Positions 31,423 through 41,865 of a DNA stretch of 64,000 nt are shown in pieces. The notes under the pieces are model-generated. The model was given only the letters and a program-made list of their open reading frames with translations, ran no database searches and was not told the origin of the DNA. The translations under genes were made by a program, and so were the position numbers. The stretch is from positions 298,103-362,102 of the IMG/VR virus record IMGVR_UViG_3300045970_000794. The stretch is one strand, 5' to 3'. How positions within the stretch are numbered: position 1 is the first letter of the stretch; every line of letters starts with the position of its first letter.

Positions 31423-31881
31423 TTAGATGTATAAACTACTTGAAAAAACTGTATTACCATAGGTAATCGTACCAAAACTATTAATAACATAGACCCTAGC
31501 TGAATACCAATTTTGTGGTAATGTGATATCAGTTGAGTAAACACCTAACCCAGTACCACATAATACATTGTTATTAGTTATATCAGGCATTGTTGGGTTA
31601 AATATACTAATTAGTTTATAGCAAATGCCTCGCTGTATTTGATGATTACCACCATCAGTCAATACTTTACCGAATAACGTTACATCAGTACTATGAATAC
31701 CATAAATCGTTGGTGCGCATGTGTAAACTGACTCTTTAATATACTGATTATTTGCATTAGTATTATACTCAGAATACCTTGAAGTTGAATCAACAGTACT
31801 TTTAATGACTGGTGAATCATCTTTTTTACATGAAACTAATGACAGAACTACTAGTACTAATAATATTTTTTCATATCCCAT
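31423..31881 (-). CDS. putative lipoprotein with FN3-like domain
   Basis: LVSCKKD lipobox; DGG...RGICY...Y.ARVY.INS.G..YG. Confidence 0.7.
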   Translation of the reverse strand: MGYEKILLVLVVLSLVSCKKDDSPVIKSTVDSTSRYSEYNTNANNQYIKESVYTCAPTIYGIHSTDVTLFGKVLTDGGNHQIQRGICYKLISIFNPTMPDITNNNVLCGTGLGVYSTDITLPQNWYSARVYVINSFGTITYGNTVFSSSLYI

Positions 31882-32230
31882 TTAATTTTTTAGTTATCCA
31901 TTCTTGAATTTTACCATCCAACACTTCTTTAATTACATCAGCATGACACGATTGGGGTGCGCAATAACAAACTAAATTAATATCACCTTTCTTCGCATGT
32001 TTATACATATTGTTTAATATATTGCAAATCTCTTCATCCTTATTAGCTATCTTATCCAGCAAATATTCCCTATACGATTCAATAGCTTCATCCCTTGTCG
32101 AACAATGGAACTCGGCTTTTGTTTGATTCAATGGTTTAATCGTAAACGGACATCCTAATACGGAACCACGACCAACATAATAATCATTTGATGTTTGAGG
32201 ATGTGTACGTTTATTAACAACCGTTATCAT
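31871..32230 (-). CDS. DUF4326 domain protein
   Basis: YVGRGS.LG.PF, R.EAI..Y, LVCYCAPQSCHADV. Confidence 0.85.
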   Translation of the reverse strand: MITVVNKRTHPQTSNDYYVGRGSVLGCPFTIKPLNQTKAEFHCSTRDEAIESYREYLLDKIANKDEEICNILNNMYKHAKKGDINLVCYCAPQSCHADVIKEVLDGKIQEWITKKLNGI

Positions 32231-32619
32231 ACAAATAAACCCTTTTCAACCAAATATGTTACATTCATTGATGTTGCAACAACCCAAAATGTATGCGTTT
32301 TTCTTGGTTCAAACATTGGTGGTTCTGGTTCACTATACCCAGTGGCACCGTAATTATAAGCCGATGAACCTGGTGTATACCAACCTTCAATCTTTTTGGT
32401 TTGACCAATTATAATACCATCCATTGTTTTATGTGGTTGAAAGAGAAGTTTCCTGTAAGCACACCCATACTTTGGTCCATCAATAGTTTCTTTCGGTTTA
32501 ACAATATCAAGCACCATACCTTCGTATGTCCTGTCAGACATTTCATTTTTAATGTATACAGCTCTAGAGAAGCTAACATCAAATTGAATCGCTCTACCAA
32601 ATAATTTATGTTGTTTCAT
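32227..32619 (-). CDS. hypothetical protein
   Basis: 130-aa ORF, coupled. Confidence 0.65.
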   Translation of the reverse strand: MKQHKLFGRAIQFDVSFSRAVYIKNEMSDRTYEGMVLDIVKPKETIDGPKYGCAYRKLLFQPHKTMDGIIIGQTKKIEGWYTPGSSAYNYGATGYSEPEPPMFEPRKTHTFWVVATSMNVTYLVEKGLFV

Positions 32620-32837
32620 AACATCGATTTTGATTTCATTAATATATCCCGACTATTTGTTGGGACCGCACCAGCATTCATTGCTTTGCTTCTAATCCAC
32701 TTATTTGTTAAATCATAGTGTGGGTGACCTTTTCTTACTCCGTGGAAGTAAATACGCTTTAAACCGATGCTACTGGCAAATGCATGTAACTCAGCTAGTG
32801 AATCAGCAACCATATGTACTCCATCAGTATAAATCAT
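32616..32837 (-). CDS. DUF4031 domain protein
   Basis: HMVADSLAELHAFA..IGL, HYDL. Confidence 0.85.
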   Translation of the reverse strand: MIYTDGVHMVADSLAELHAFASSIGLKRIYFHGVRKGHPHYDLTNKWIRSKAMNAGAVPTNSRDILMKSKSML

Positions 32838-32840
32838 AAT

Positions 32841-33107
32841 TTATTTATTTTCCTCACCTCTCAGTGCATTAGCAATTTCTTGAAACTGGTTCGCATGTGT
32901 TGAATCTAGAACGATTTCATCCCAGTTTCCAAACCTACAGCGATAGCCAAATATGTATTTAATCCCATACCATAATCGTTTCCAAAATGGTCTAGTAGCT
33001 AGGTATACGTGAATATATACCTCCCTTTCATCTGGCCATCTATGTATAATCCATTGATGTTCATCTGAATTACAAACACATAAAATAATATCTACTTCTT
33101 TTTCCAT
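32841..33107 (-). CDS. hypothetical protein
   Basis: FWKRLWYGIKYIFG; follows promoter at 33129. Confidence 0.65.
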   Translation of the reverse strand: MEKEVDIILCVCNSDEHQWIIHRWPDEREVYIHVYLATRPFWKRLWYGIKYIFGYRCRFGNWDEIVLDSTHANQFQEIANALRGEENK

Positions 33108-33182
33108 TAGTGTTTATGTTTTAAAATGCAAAGATATATAAAATTTACTTAAAATGCAAATATTTATAATAAAAAATATATA

Positions 33183-34154
33183 GTGTATATAAAAAATTCT
33201 TCAATAGCCAGTAAATTCAGTCATTTAATTAGAGAATATGACAATAATCAAGTAACCATTGATGGTGAACTTGATGATTATATATTCCCATATCTAAAAT
33301 ACGGTGAACGTGATGGTGCTATTAACTATATAATAAATAAACTACCTACTAGTGAAAGAACACTGTTTATTAACCTACTGGAGATATGTGACGAGTTAAG
33401 AAAGTATCGTATAGATACTTCAGAAATATTAAATACTGGTAATTGGGGTGTAAAACCTAATGGTAAGGTAGCATTATTCGATATAGGGTTCGGAAATTGG
33501 TTTGAAATGTTCGATGAAGAGCCTCAAGAACTAAATCTTGATGAAGTTTCTGATACCTATATACAAAAATATACCAATATAGCACAAAAAGTAACCCAAA
33601 AATTAAATTTTAATGATTTAAAGTACCTTGGAAGTGGTGCTAATGGGTCAGCATTCCAAGTTAATAATGATAAAGTGTTAAAAATTACAGCCGATAGGTC
33701 TGAAGCAGTCAATTCAAACAAGATTATAGGTAATAATTTGGACTCTATTGCTGATATATACGGTATATATTCATTAAAAATAGATGAAAAACCATATTAT
33801 GTTATAATTTTAGAGGAATTGGACCGAAGTAACATCAAAAACATCTTGAGGGTGTACAATAAATTAGAGAAATGGTTCACAAAACGGATGAATAGACACT
33901 ATGACCCTAAGATTTTGGGTGTAATAGGTAAAAAACACCCTATGGTGAGTGCTTTTCTAATGGATTTAATTAATACGGGGTATACTCCCGCATGGGAAAA
34001 ATGGGTAGATAAGCTTAGAACTAACGATACATATGATTGGAATCGTATAAGTGAACTATCAGAGTGGTTTAAAGGGTCAAAAACCAATGATAACTATATA
34101 ACTGATACACCCCCAGAGGATATACAAGCACTTATATCATCATTATATAGGTAA
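33183..34154 (+). CDS. protein-kinase-like protein with rearranged motif order
   Basis: GNWG..LFDIG precedes YLGSGANGSAF..VLKIT. Confidence 0.55.
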   Translation: MYIKNSSIASKFSHLIREYDNNQVTIDGELDDYIFPYLKYGERDGAINYIINKLPTSERTLFINLLEICDELRKYRIDTSEILNTGNWGVKPNGKVALFDIGFGNWFEMFDEEPQELNLDEVSDTYIQKYTNIAQKVTQKLNFNDLKYLGSGANGSAFQVNNDKVLKITADRSEAVNSNKIIGNNLDSIADIYGIYSLKIDEKPYYVIILEELDRSNIKNILRVYNKLEKWFTKRMNRHYDPKILGVIGKKHPMVSAFLMDLINTGYTPAWEKWVDKLRTNDTYDWNRISELSEWFKGSKTNDNYITDTPPEDIQALISSLYR

Positions 34155-34158
34155 TATA

Positions 34159-35235
34159 CTATATAGTTTCACCCAAATCCCTATATTTAAACTCCACAAC
34201 CTTATCAACTAGAACCGACATTCTATTTAATGTGGATGTCATCATTAAAAATCCATGATTTTTAAGGTTTAGTACGATTGATTCTGGAGGGTGACCAATA
34301 CTAGCAGTTAATTTATCCATATAATCACAGATAACATCAAATTCACGCATATCACCACATGGGTAATACTTATCCAAGGTTATTGCTATATCAATATATG
34401 CGTGTCCGTGAATCATAAAATTGAATTGTGGGTATCTTTCATACAATTTTAACTGAACTGGTGTGTCAATTGATGGTTTCTGTTCTTTTACACCATAATA
34501 TTGAACATCACCATTAACTAATTTAGTTGGAACAAAGTCAGTTACTTGTAGCTTATCCTTTGGGGTTGAACGTGCTGTAACTAACACACCATCATCCAAT
34601 TTAAACGATGGGAACATAGATGCACATCTAGTAGATGCATTGCCGAAGTAACGACCACCTCTTTCATTCTCAACCATTTTACTCACTTTATGAATGATTT
34701 TAATGAAATCATTTAACCCATTCATTTCATGTTCATGTGATGTATCTACTGATATTAGTAGCGTTTCATCAGAGTATCTAGCTGGAACTCTTATTGATTC
34801 ATTAGTCCACTTACATAATTTAAATATGGCAACGGATAACTCATTAATATAATATGTATCAACCCAAGCATTACCTAGGGCATCAATTAATTTAAACTTA
34901 AATAATTTACCTTTATCGATACTGATAACTGAGTTAGCATGCATTTTGAATATGCGGGCAACAGCTTCACCTTCATTACGGTCTTCTCTAAGAACTTTAG
35001 ATACGATTAATACTGACCCAACTTTCTTTATTGGGTATATTTTATCAACAGCATTATCAACATTAGGCATCCAGATAACTAAATCATAGATTTCAGCTAA
35101 CTTAGCAGCATTTTGTAGGTCTTCAATTGACCCACCGTTAATTAAATCAGCATTCAATAATGTCTCATCCATTTGGCTAACAATATTAGATGCTTTCGGT
35201 GTACCAAAATCACCACCAACGATTAATACTTTCAT
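34159..35235 (-). CDS. class II aldolase/adducin-domain protein
   Basis: GNAS.R, PSIDT, IHGH, LKNHG. Confidence 0.75.
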   Translation of the reverse strand: MKVLIVGGDFGTPKASNIVSQMDETLLNADLINGGSIEDLQNAAKLAEIYDLVIWMPNVDNAVDKIYPIKKVGSVLIVSKVLREDRNEGEAVARIFKMHANSVISIDKGKLFKFKLIDALGNAWVDTYYINELSVAIFKLCKWTNESIRVPARYSDETLLISVDTSHEHEMNGLNDFIKIIHKVSKMVENERGGRYFGNASTRCASMFPSFKLDDGVLVTARSTPKDKLQVTDFVPTKLVNGDVQYYGVKEQKPSIDTPVQLKLYERYPQFNFMIHGHAYIDIAITLDKYYPCGDMREFDVICDYMDKLTASIGHPPESIVLNLKNHGFLMMTSTLNRMSVLVDKVVEFKYRDLGETI

Positions 35236-35252
35236 ATTATTTAATATTTAAA

Positions 35253-35483
35253 TTAATATTCTAAAGCTTTAAGTTTATATTCAACAACTGTTATAACTTC
35301 TTCCATTCTAGCACATCTTTCAATCCACCGTTCTTCATCAGCCTCTCTTTCTGAGTTCACCCCATGAAACATAGCATCATGCAACATTCTAGTTGTTGGA
35401 ACTACTGTTTCGTAATACGTTAATATCGACTGTAAATCAGTAATCGATAATTTCTTTAATTTTTCTTTATTGAAGTGTGCCAT
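35253..35483 (-). CDS. hypothetical protein
   Basis: 76-aa ORF. Confidence 0.55.
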   Translation of the reverse strand: MAHFNKEKLKKLSITDLQSILTYYETVVPTTRMLHDAMFHGVNSEREADEERWIERCARMEEVITVVEYKLKALEY

Positions 35484-35486
35484 AGT

Positions 35487-35939
35487 TTAGTTTTTTAATT
35501 GAAGTTTACCACATATTGTACATATAAACACACCAGCACCATTATCCATAAAATTATGTTTACCATCAACGCATGGACTATAATTTGGTTCCACCGAACC
35601 ACATAATTGACATAATCTAGGACGTGGTTCATTAATTCCTCTGCTGTAGATGTGACTAGGACAAGTTTGTGGTGTATACTGATATGCTTTTTTAGTACTC
35701 AATGAGTCTAACACAGCTTCAGCGATGTCACATAGTTTACTTTCAAGCTTTTCATAGTCTTTTGAACCATGTTCGAATTCACATTGCAACCCGCCAAAGT
35801 AGCGATATTGGTCTTTATATTCGTCTTTAACAATATCATTTGCTGGTGTGTAACAGAAATCAAATGTTTTAGATTTAATGAAGATGGTATTACCAGCCAC
35901 ATCAATTGTTATGTTCTTAAAATAGTGTTGTAGATTCAT
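35487..35939 (-). CDS. hypothetical protein with C-terminal Cys/His motifs
   Basis: H..C..CG repeats. Confidence 0.6.
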   Translation of the reverse strand: MNLQHYFKNITIDVAGNTIFIKSKTFDFCYTPANDIVKDEYKDQYRYFGGLQCEFEHGSKDYEKLESKLCDIAEAVLDSLSTKKAYQYTPQTCPSHIYSRGINEPRPRLCQLCGSVEPNYSPCVDGKHNFMDNGAGVFICTICGKLQLKN

Positions 35940-35942
35940 AGA

Positions 35943-36464
35943 TTATTTCTTGATTGATTTAGGTAATTCACCTTTGCTTAATATTTCATTAGCCTTATCA
36001 AGCTTATCTTGGAATATCGGAGCATCCTTATATTTTTCTAGTGAATCATCAATTTGGATATTTGATAATTTATGAATAAAACGTCTAGGTAGTTTAACAT
36101 TTGATAAGTTAATAGCGACCTCGAATAATGGTGCCACTTCTTTTGGTTTTAGACCCGCAAGACCACAACCAATTTCTGTCACAAGAAATGTTAATTCTGG
36201 ATGGTTAATAGCACATTGAATGAATCTATCAACATATGGTTTAATTTCATCAATACTTAATGTTCTTCTGATTGAGTGGTCTTTTGTTGGAATACCGTAA
36301 GTCCTTCCTTGCAAACCATCGGCTTGCCCCCATTTTGCACCAAAGCCAAGTGCTTGTTTTGCAGCACCAGCACCATGTTTCCCACCTTGATTAGAACCGA
36401 AAACAAATATTTCATTTTCAGCTAATTTAGTGATATATTCTGGTGATGAATCTAAAATATCCAT
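35943..36464 (-). CDS. macrodomain-like phage protein (A1S_2505-like family)
   Basis: IFVFGSN..G.HGAGAA, G..YGIPT, FLVTEIGCGLAG. Confidence 0.75.
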   Translation of the reverse strand: MDILDSSPEYITKLAENEIFVFGSNQGGKHGAGAAKQALGFGAKWGQADGLQGRTYGIPTKDHSIRRTLSIDEIKPYVDRFIQCAINHPELTFLVTEIGCGLAGLKPKEVAPLFEVAINLSNVKLPRRFIHKLSNIQIDDSLEKYKDAPIFQDKLDKANEILSKGELPKSIKK

Positions 36465-36570
36465 AATTATTTTAATTTAAAATGCAAAGATATAAAATTT
36501 ATATTAAAAAAACAAGTTTTTTATTGACTATTTTAAAAAAAAATACGTATTTTTGGTAAAAATCAAACGT

Positions 36571-37242
36571 ATGGAAAGAAATATAAATTTTAATGTTAAT
36601 TTAACTATGTCCCTAGAGGATATAAAACTATTAGTAACCCTTGAAAAATATAATTATAGAGGTTTTACTGGTGCTGATATCAATGATGAAACTAGACCAA
36701 TACTGCATGGCTTCATTGCTAAGGGTATCGTATTCAATTCACAAAATGATGCTGGTGATGTTGCGTTATTCTTAACACCACTTGGTGAACAAATTTTAGA
36801 TAAATATCTTACTAGTATTAAAATTTTACATCATAGAAAAGAAATTTTAGATGAAATTAGTGAAGATATTGCAAAACTTAAAAATGAGAAAACTATCGAT
36901 GAATTAATGATTCATGATTATTACAAAATAAATCAAAAAATGTATCAACTCACTAGTGATAATGAGAGATTAAGTAATTCATCTTTAATCCAAATTTTAA
37001 ATCCTAACCCTATTGAATTTGAAAGTGATGGTGAAATGGAAGAATGTGTTATGGTGGGATGTAATGACGGAGTTCTTATTACTGGCCGTCAAGGTTATGG
37101 AGGACCAGACAAGTATACAGTACATAACCCATTGGCATATGAACCTACTAGTAAACTTAATATTAATATTGATGGTACTGTTGGTCTGGGTGACACAACA
37201 CCAAATGCTTTACTACAAGTAAAACGTAGTTCATTAGATTAA
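36571..37242 (+). CDS. hypothetical protein
   Basis: ATG 36571 after plus-strand TATTTTTG box; ends at terminator. Confidence 0.65.
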   Translation: MERNINFNVNLTMSLEDIKLLVTLEKYNYRGFTGADINDETRPILHGFIAKGIVFNSQNDAGDVALFLTPLGEQILDKYLTSIKILHHRKEILDEISEDIAKLKNEKTIDELMIHDYYKINQKMYQLTSDNERLSNSSLIQILNPNPIEFESDGEMEECVMVGCNDGVLITGRQGYGGPDKYTVHNPLAYEPTSKLNINIDGTVGLGDTTPNALLQVKRSSLD

Positions 37243-37246
37243 AAAG

Positions 37247-37273
37247 AAAAGGAGGTAATTTACCTCCTTTTTT
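37247..37273. terminator. bidirectional intrinsic terminator
   Basis: AAAAGGAGGTA-att-TACCTCCTTTT(TT). Confidence 0.8.
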
Positions 37274-37280
37274 ATTACTT

Positions 37281-37304
37281 AACCGTAGCGTTCTTACTCC
37301 AGAA
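37281..37304 (-). repeat. 24-bp duplicate of the DUF3228 gene 3' end (other copy 38432-38455)
   Basis: aaccgtagc(g/a)ttcttactccagaa; reads FWSKNATVK* vs FWSKNATVL*. Confidence 0.85.
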
Positions 37305-37344
37305 CGATTTTTTTTAAATTAACTGATATTTATAATTAAATATT

Positions 37345-38439
37345 ATGATAACTAAAACACAAAATTTCATATTAAAAGCAAAGCATATTCATGAAGATAA
37401 GTACGATTATTCATTAGTTGAGTATAATGGTTCTTATTACAAAGTTAGTATAATATGTAAAATACATGGAATATTTAAGCAATCACCAAATAATCATTTA
37501 AATGGGCAAGGCTGTGCTATTTGTGGTCGAATTAAAACACAAGCTAAACAAATGTCTAATGTTAATGATGTTATAGCTAAAGCAAAATATATTCATAAAA
37601 ATAAATATGATTATTCATTAGTTCAATATAAAAATGAAAAAAGTAAAATAAAAATAATATGCCCAACGCATGGTATTTTTGAACAAACACCTGATAATCA
37701 TATTAATAATAAAACTGGGTGTCCAAGTTGTAGTTGTAATAAAAAATTAACACCATTAGAGTATATTACAAAAGTAAATTTAATTCATAAATCCAAATAT
37801 AATTATTTAATTATGAATTATTGTGGTGTGAATAAGAAAATAAAAATAATATGCCCAATTCATGGTGTGTTTGAAATTAAAGCCTCTCACCACGCTAGCG
37901 GTGTTGGTTGCTCTAAATGTTCAAATAAACATAAATATACTACCAATGAATTTATCATTGAGGCTAGTAAAATTCATGGAAGTAAATATAGTTATAAATT
38001 GTCTGAGTATTTAAATGCGAAAACTAAAATAATTATTACTTGTCCAATGCATGGTGATTTCATGCAATCACCAACATCACATTTAAGTGGTAAAGGATGT
38101 CCAACATGTAATGAAAGTAAAGGTGAAAAAGCGATTAGAAATTACTTAAATAAACATAATATTAGCTTTATTCCTCAACATAAATTTAATGATTGTAAAA
38201 ATATTAAACCATTGCCGTTTGATTTCTATCTTCCAGATTATAATACATGCATTGAATACCAAGGTGAACAACATTATAGACCAATTAAACGTTTTGGTGG
38301 TGTTAATGCTCATGAAAAATTAAAAGAAAACGATAACATTAAAAAAGAATACTGCGAATCACACAATATTCTTTTGATTGTCATATCAAATATAAATGAA
38401 GTGATTTATAATTTAAAAAAATTAATCATAAAACCGTAG
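37345..38439 (+). CDS. putative homing endonuclease: DUF723-like zinc repeats + PD-(D/E)xK/Vsr-like nuclease domain
   Basis: Repeats of YDYS..Y...K..IIC..HG.F.Q.P..H..G.GC..C; FDFYLP...IEYQGEQH. Confidence 0.8.
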   Translation: MITKTQNFILKAKHIHEDKYDYSLVEYNGSYYKVSIICKIHGIFKQSPNNHLNGQGCAICGRIKTQAKQMSNVNDVIAKAKYIHKNKYDYSLVQYKNEKSKIKIICPTHGIFEQTPDNHINNKTGCPSCSCNKKLTPLEYITKVNLIHKSKYNYLIMNYCGVNKKIKIICPIHGVFEIKASHHASGVGCSKCSNKHKYTTNEFIIEASKIHGSKYSYKLSEYLNAKTKIIITCPMHGDFMQSPTSHLSGKGCPTCNESKGEKAIRNYLNKHNISFIPQHKFNDCKNIKPLPFDFYLPDYNTCIEYQGEQHYRPIKRFGGVNAHEKLKENDNIKKEYCESHNILLIVISNINEVIYNLKKLIIKP

Positions 38440-39220
38440 CATTCTTACTCCAGAAATCTACTGATGCCAAATACTTTTCTTTATTCAATGGAACTCCAGA
38501 ACCACCACACATCACACCTTGAAGACTTAATATTTCTCGAATATCTTTATTGCATACACCTTCGTCTGGCACTTCTATTAAATTAGCAATTTCATCAACA
38601 CCTTTTTCTATTAACCCCATTATCTGTTCAACAGCTATCTTTTGAAATTCTTCAGTGTTATATCCAGCATTCCTAATCATAGTCTCTGGCTTCATATGCT
38701 CTTCATTAGGATGAGATTGACCAAGAATGGCAACAATACCCCAATCAGCATCAAAACCGAATATTTCAGTAGCATTATCCTTACCTTTAGATTCAATTTC
38801 AATTTGTTCTTTTGAATAAAGGACCAGTACCAACCACTCAGCTATTGGTTTACCAAGAGGTAATTCCAACCAGCGAGAGAATATTGGTAATTCATCATCA
38901 GTTCTAGGTGAATAACCACTTCTTAAATACTGATAATTCTCAAGGGTAATAGGCATTGAACCGACCTTGACATCTGTAAAATTTGGTACAACTAATAATT
39001 TACAAAATGGAGCATATCCCTCTATAATTCTTGCATTACCAAGAATCGTTTTAAAATGATTATCACCATTTAATTTAATAATAGTATTCATATCTTCAAG
39101 GCATCCAAATCCAGTAGTTAGTATCGCTGTAAATTCTTCAATAGTCATATTCAATACCTTAGTACCACCAAAGTTTTTATCAAAATGTCTGTATGCGAAA
39201 TCGGTTACTTTAATATTCAT
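38426..39220 (-). CDS. DUF3228 family protein
   Basis: GYAPFCK, LRSGY..R...ELP...RW, LYSKEQI, GGSGVPL. Confidence 0.8.
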   Translation of the reverse strand: MNIKVTDFAYRHFDKNFGGTKVLNMTIEEFTAILTTGFGCLEDMNTIIKLNGDNHFKTILGNARIIEGYAPFCKLLVVPNFTDVKVGSMPITLENYQYLRSGYSPRTDDELPIFSRWLELPLGKPIAEWLVLVLYSKEQIEIESKGKDNATEIFGFDADWGIVAILGQSHPNEEHMKPETMIRNAGYNTEEFQKIAVEQIMGLIEKGVDEIANLIEVPDEGVCNKDIREILSLQGVMCGGSGVPLNKEKYLASVDFWSKNATVL

Positions 39221-39345
39221 TTGTTTAAGTTTTTATAACAGTTTTTAATTTACGAAAATCACAATCATCACACCACTTATCATCAAAAGGCGAACATTTT
39301 TGTAATGATGTTGCAGTACATTCAGTTTTATCTAAAAATTCATAT

Positions 39346-39710
39346 TTAGCTAATGTTAATTTCTGAATCAGTAATATTTTCATTGCGGATTACATCACCT
39401 TTATACTTTTTTATTTTCACTTTGCTATTAAAAATGCCTTTATTATATGATTTTCCATCCCTGTAATATTTTCTACTACTACCACTACTACCAGCACCTA
39501 ACGATATACCAGCAAATAGACCACCATAGATGATGATTGCTGCAACAAATTCTCTTCCAATGATGATAAGTAAATCCCAAAAGAATTGACCGAATGTTAA
39601 CGTGCTAAAGTTATGTACTATGTCCCAAAGGCCATATACCAACATATATACTCCCAAAAAAAACCCACTAATGATAGCGACTGCAATGATTAAAATACCT
39701 AAAATTTGTC

Positions 39711-39714
<4 letters not shown>
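39346..39714 (-). CDS. membrane protein
   Basis: Two hydrophobic segments. Confidence 0.6.
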
Positions 39715-39976
<262 letters not shown>

Positions 39977-39977
<1 letters not shown>

Positions 39978-40486
39978 TATTTTTTATTTAATATTGGTAA
40001 TAATTTTCTTTTAACGATGTCAATGGTTGCAATAACATTACGAGCATCCTCATCAGTAAATAGACTTTGTTTACCCTTATTATGGATTCTAGCTACAATA
40101 TTCTTCAATTCATTACCAGCAAGCATGGCACGCTCATTCTCGGTCATTTTACCCCTACTCTCAATCTGCTTTTTAAGTTCAGACATCGGAATGCGTCTCT
40201 TAACATTCTTATACCTTTCAACCTTATTCTTAGGTTTAGTAATTAAATTATTATACTCTTCAATGTAATTATCATCAGCTTTAATGATATCATTGAATAT
40301 TGATTCGACATAATTAGTTGCCTCATCACCAAACATATTTTGTTTAATTAATAAGAAATACTTCTTGAAATCATCACCATATTCATTAGTGAAAATAACA
40401 CCAATTCGCTTATTCTCTTGGATAAGCAACATGGTAGTGAATAAATCAAATTCATTTATTTTTACTTCATTATCGATTATTGCCAT
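39977..40486 (-). CDS. hypothetical protein
   Basis: 169-aa ORF after promoter at 40510. Confidence 0.7.
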
Positions 40487-40582
40487 TATCTTTAAATTTT
40501 AATTTGATGCAAAGATAATACAATTTATTTAAAAAACCAAACTTTTTTACATAAAAAAAGCCCCATTATTTTGGGTCCTATC

Positions 40583-41005
40583 TTATTGGGCTACTGCCAT
40601 CGCTTTTCCAGCTTTATTTACAATGTTTTTAATTTTAATTAATTCATCCAGTGTAAATTCATAATGACCTTCACCATTAGACATTTTTTCTCTATTTAAT
40701 TTTTTTCTGAACAATGACCTTGCCGATGCATTATCAGAATCTGACCATAATTGGCGAATAACTTCAGCATGATTAATCATAGGATTGTTCAATACTGAGG
40801 AAACTGAAGCATATAAAGCTTTTCCACCCTTTTCATCAGAATTAAGAGCTACACCAACATCAGAATCCTTTTGTGGTTCCTCAGTTTCTGGTTTCTTAAT
40901 ATGTGGCTCTGGTTTCCTAGGAGCTGGATTATTATTAGTTTCTTCCTTTTCTTCTAAAAAGCTTTCTCTTAACTTTAGTCTTAATTTTTCTTGAATATCT
41001 TTCAT
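40583..41005 (-). CDS. hypothetical protein
   Basis: 140-aa ORF. Confidence 0.65.
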   Translation of the reverse strand: MKDIQEKLRLKLRESFLEEKEETNNNPAPRKPEPHIKKPETEEPQKDSDVGVALNSDEKGGKALYASVSSVLNNPMINHAEVIRQLWSDSDNASARSLFRKKLNREKMSNGEGHYEFTLDELIKIKNIVNKAGKAMAVAQ

Positions 41006-41047
41006 GGCAATATCATTTTCATATAAATATCCAAAAAAATAGTAAAA

Positions 41048-41455
41048 TTAATCCTCAGAGTCGAATAATTCATTTAAACGTCTAACTCTATCATCTGGGT
41101 TTAATAGCAATAACCAATCAATTGATGACATGTAAGCTGAAAAATTACTAAATGCCAATGGTTCAGAAGCTTCAGCTATTCTTAATGCTGGCTCTTTCTT
41201 CAATTCAGAATACATATCATATTGTAAATCAACAATCTTATTCTGAATCTTAATTACTTCATCATTAAACCACGGATATATTATTTCATATACTTCATCT
41301 GCATTTAAATTACCGAATATTGATATTAGCTCAGAAATTAAATCACCAGGGTTTAACTTCTTACCATTCGCTAGGTCAAAAATGAAGATACTAGTTAATC
41401 CAGTAAGGATAAACCGATAATTTCGTTTAACATATTTTAATATAATCTCTTCCAT
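41048..41455 (-). CDS. hypothetical protein (resembles 44220-44663)
   Basis: ILKY..R.Y N-terminal motif. Confidence 0.65.
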   Translation of the reverse strand: MEEIILKYVKRNYRFILTGLTSIFIFDLANGKKLNPGDLISELISIFGNLNADEVYEIIYPWFNDEVIKIQNKIVDLQYDMYSELKKEPALRIAEASEPLAFSNFSAYMSSIDWLLLLNPDDRVRRLNELFDSED

Positions 41456-41460
41456 TGAAT

Positions 41461-41865
41461 TTATTCGATATCAATATAAGTATCTGGTAATGTTATGAAA
41501 TCCCAGTACTTTGCAGCGTTTTCAGTCATTCGAGTGTATATTACTTTTTCTCTAATCCATTCACTGTATATAGTATGAGCTAACATTTTGTCCAATCCGA
41601 ATGTTTCACTTAATAATGCAGTAATTTTATCCGAATCAAAATATTTTGTTTTACTAGTATCAGAATCGTGTAAACCTAAATCATTCTTCTTGAAAATATA
41701 AACCATCGAACCTTTTACCACAACATATGAATGCCGTTCAATCAGTCGAACCGCTTTATAATATAATTGAGCTGGGATGCCTAGACATTCCAACTCAATA
41801 TATCTTTTTTTAATTAATAAATTTCGCTCATCTTGTTTCATTATTCTTGGTAATGAACAGCCCAA
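41461..41865 (-). CDS. hypothetical protein
   Basis: 134-aa ORF. Confidence 0.6.
   Translation of the reverse strand: MGCSLPRIMKQDERNLLIKKRYIELECLGIPAQLYYKAVRLIERHSYVVVKGSMVYIFKKNDLGLHDSDTSKTKYFDSDKITALLSETFGLDKMLAHTIYSEWIREKVIYTRMTENAAKYWDFITLPDTYIDIE

Noticed and set aside
32215-32230. CAACCGTTA resembling the end of an attC-like site
   Set aside because: No partner arm or TAAC core; it is simply the start of the DUF4326 gene.
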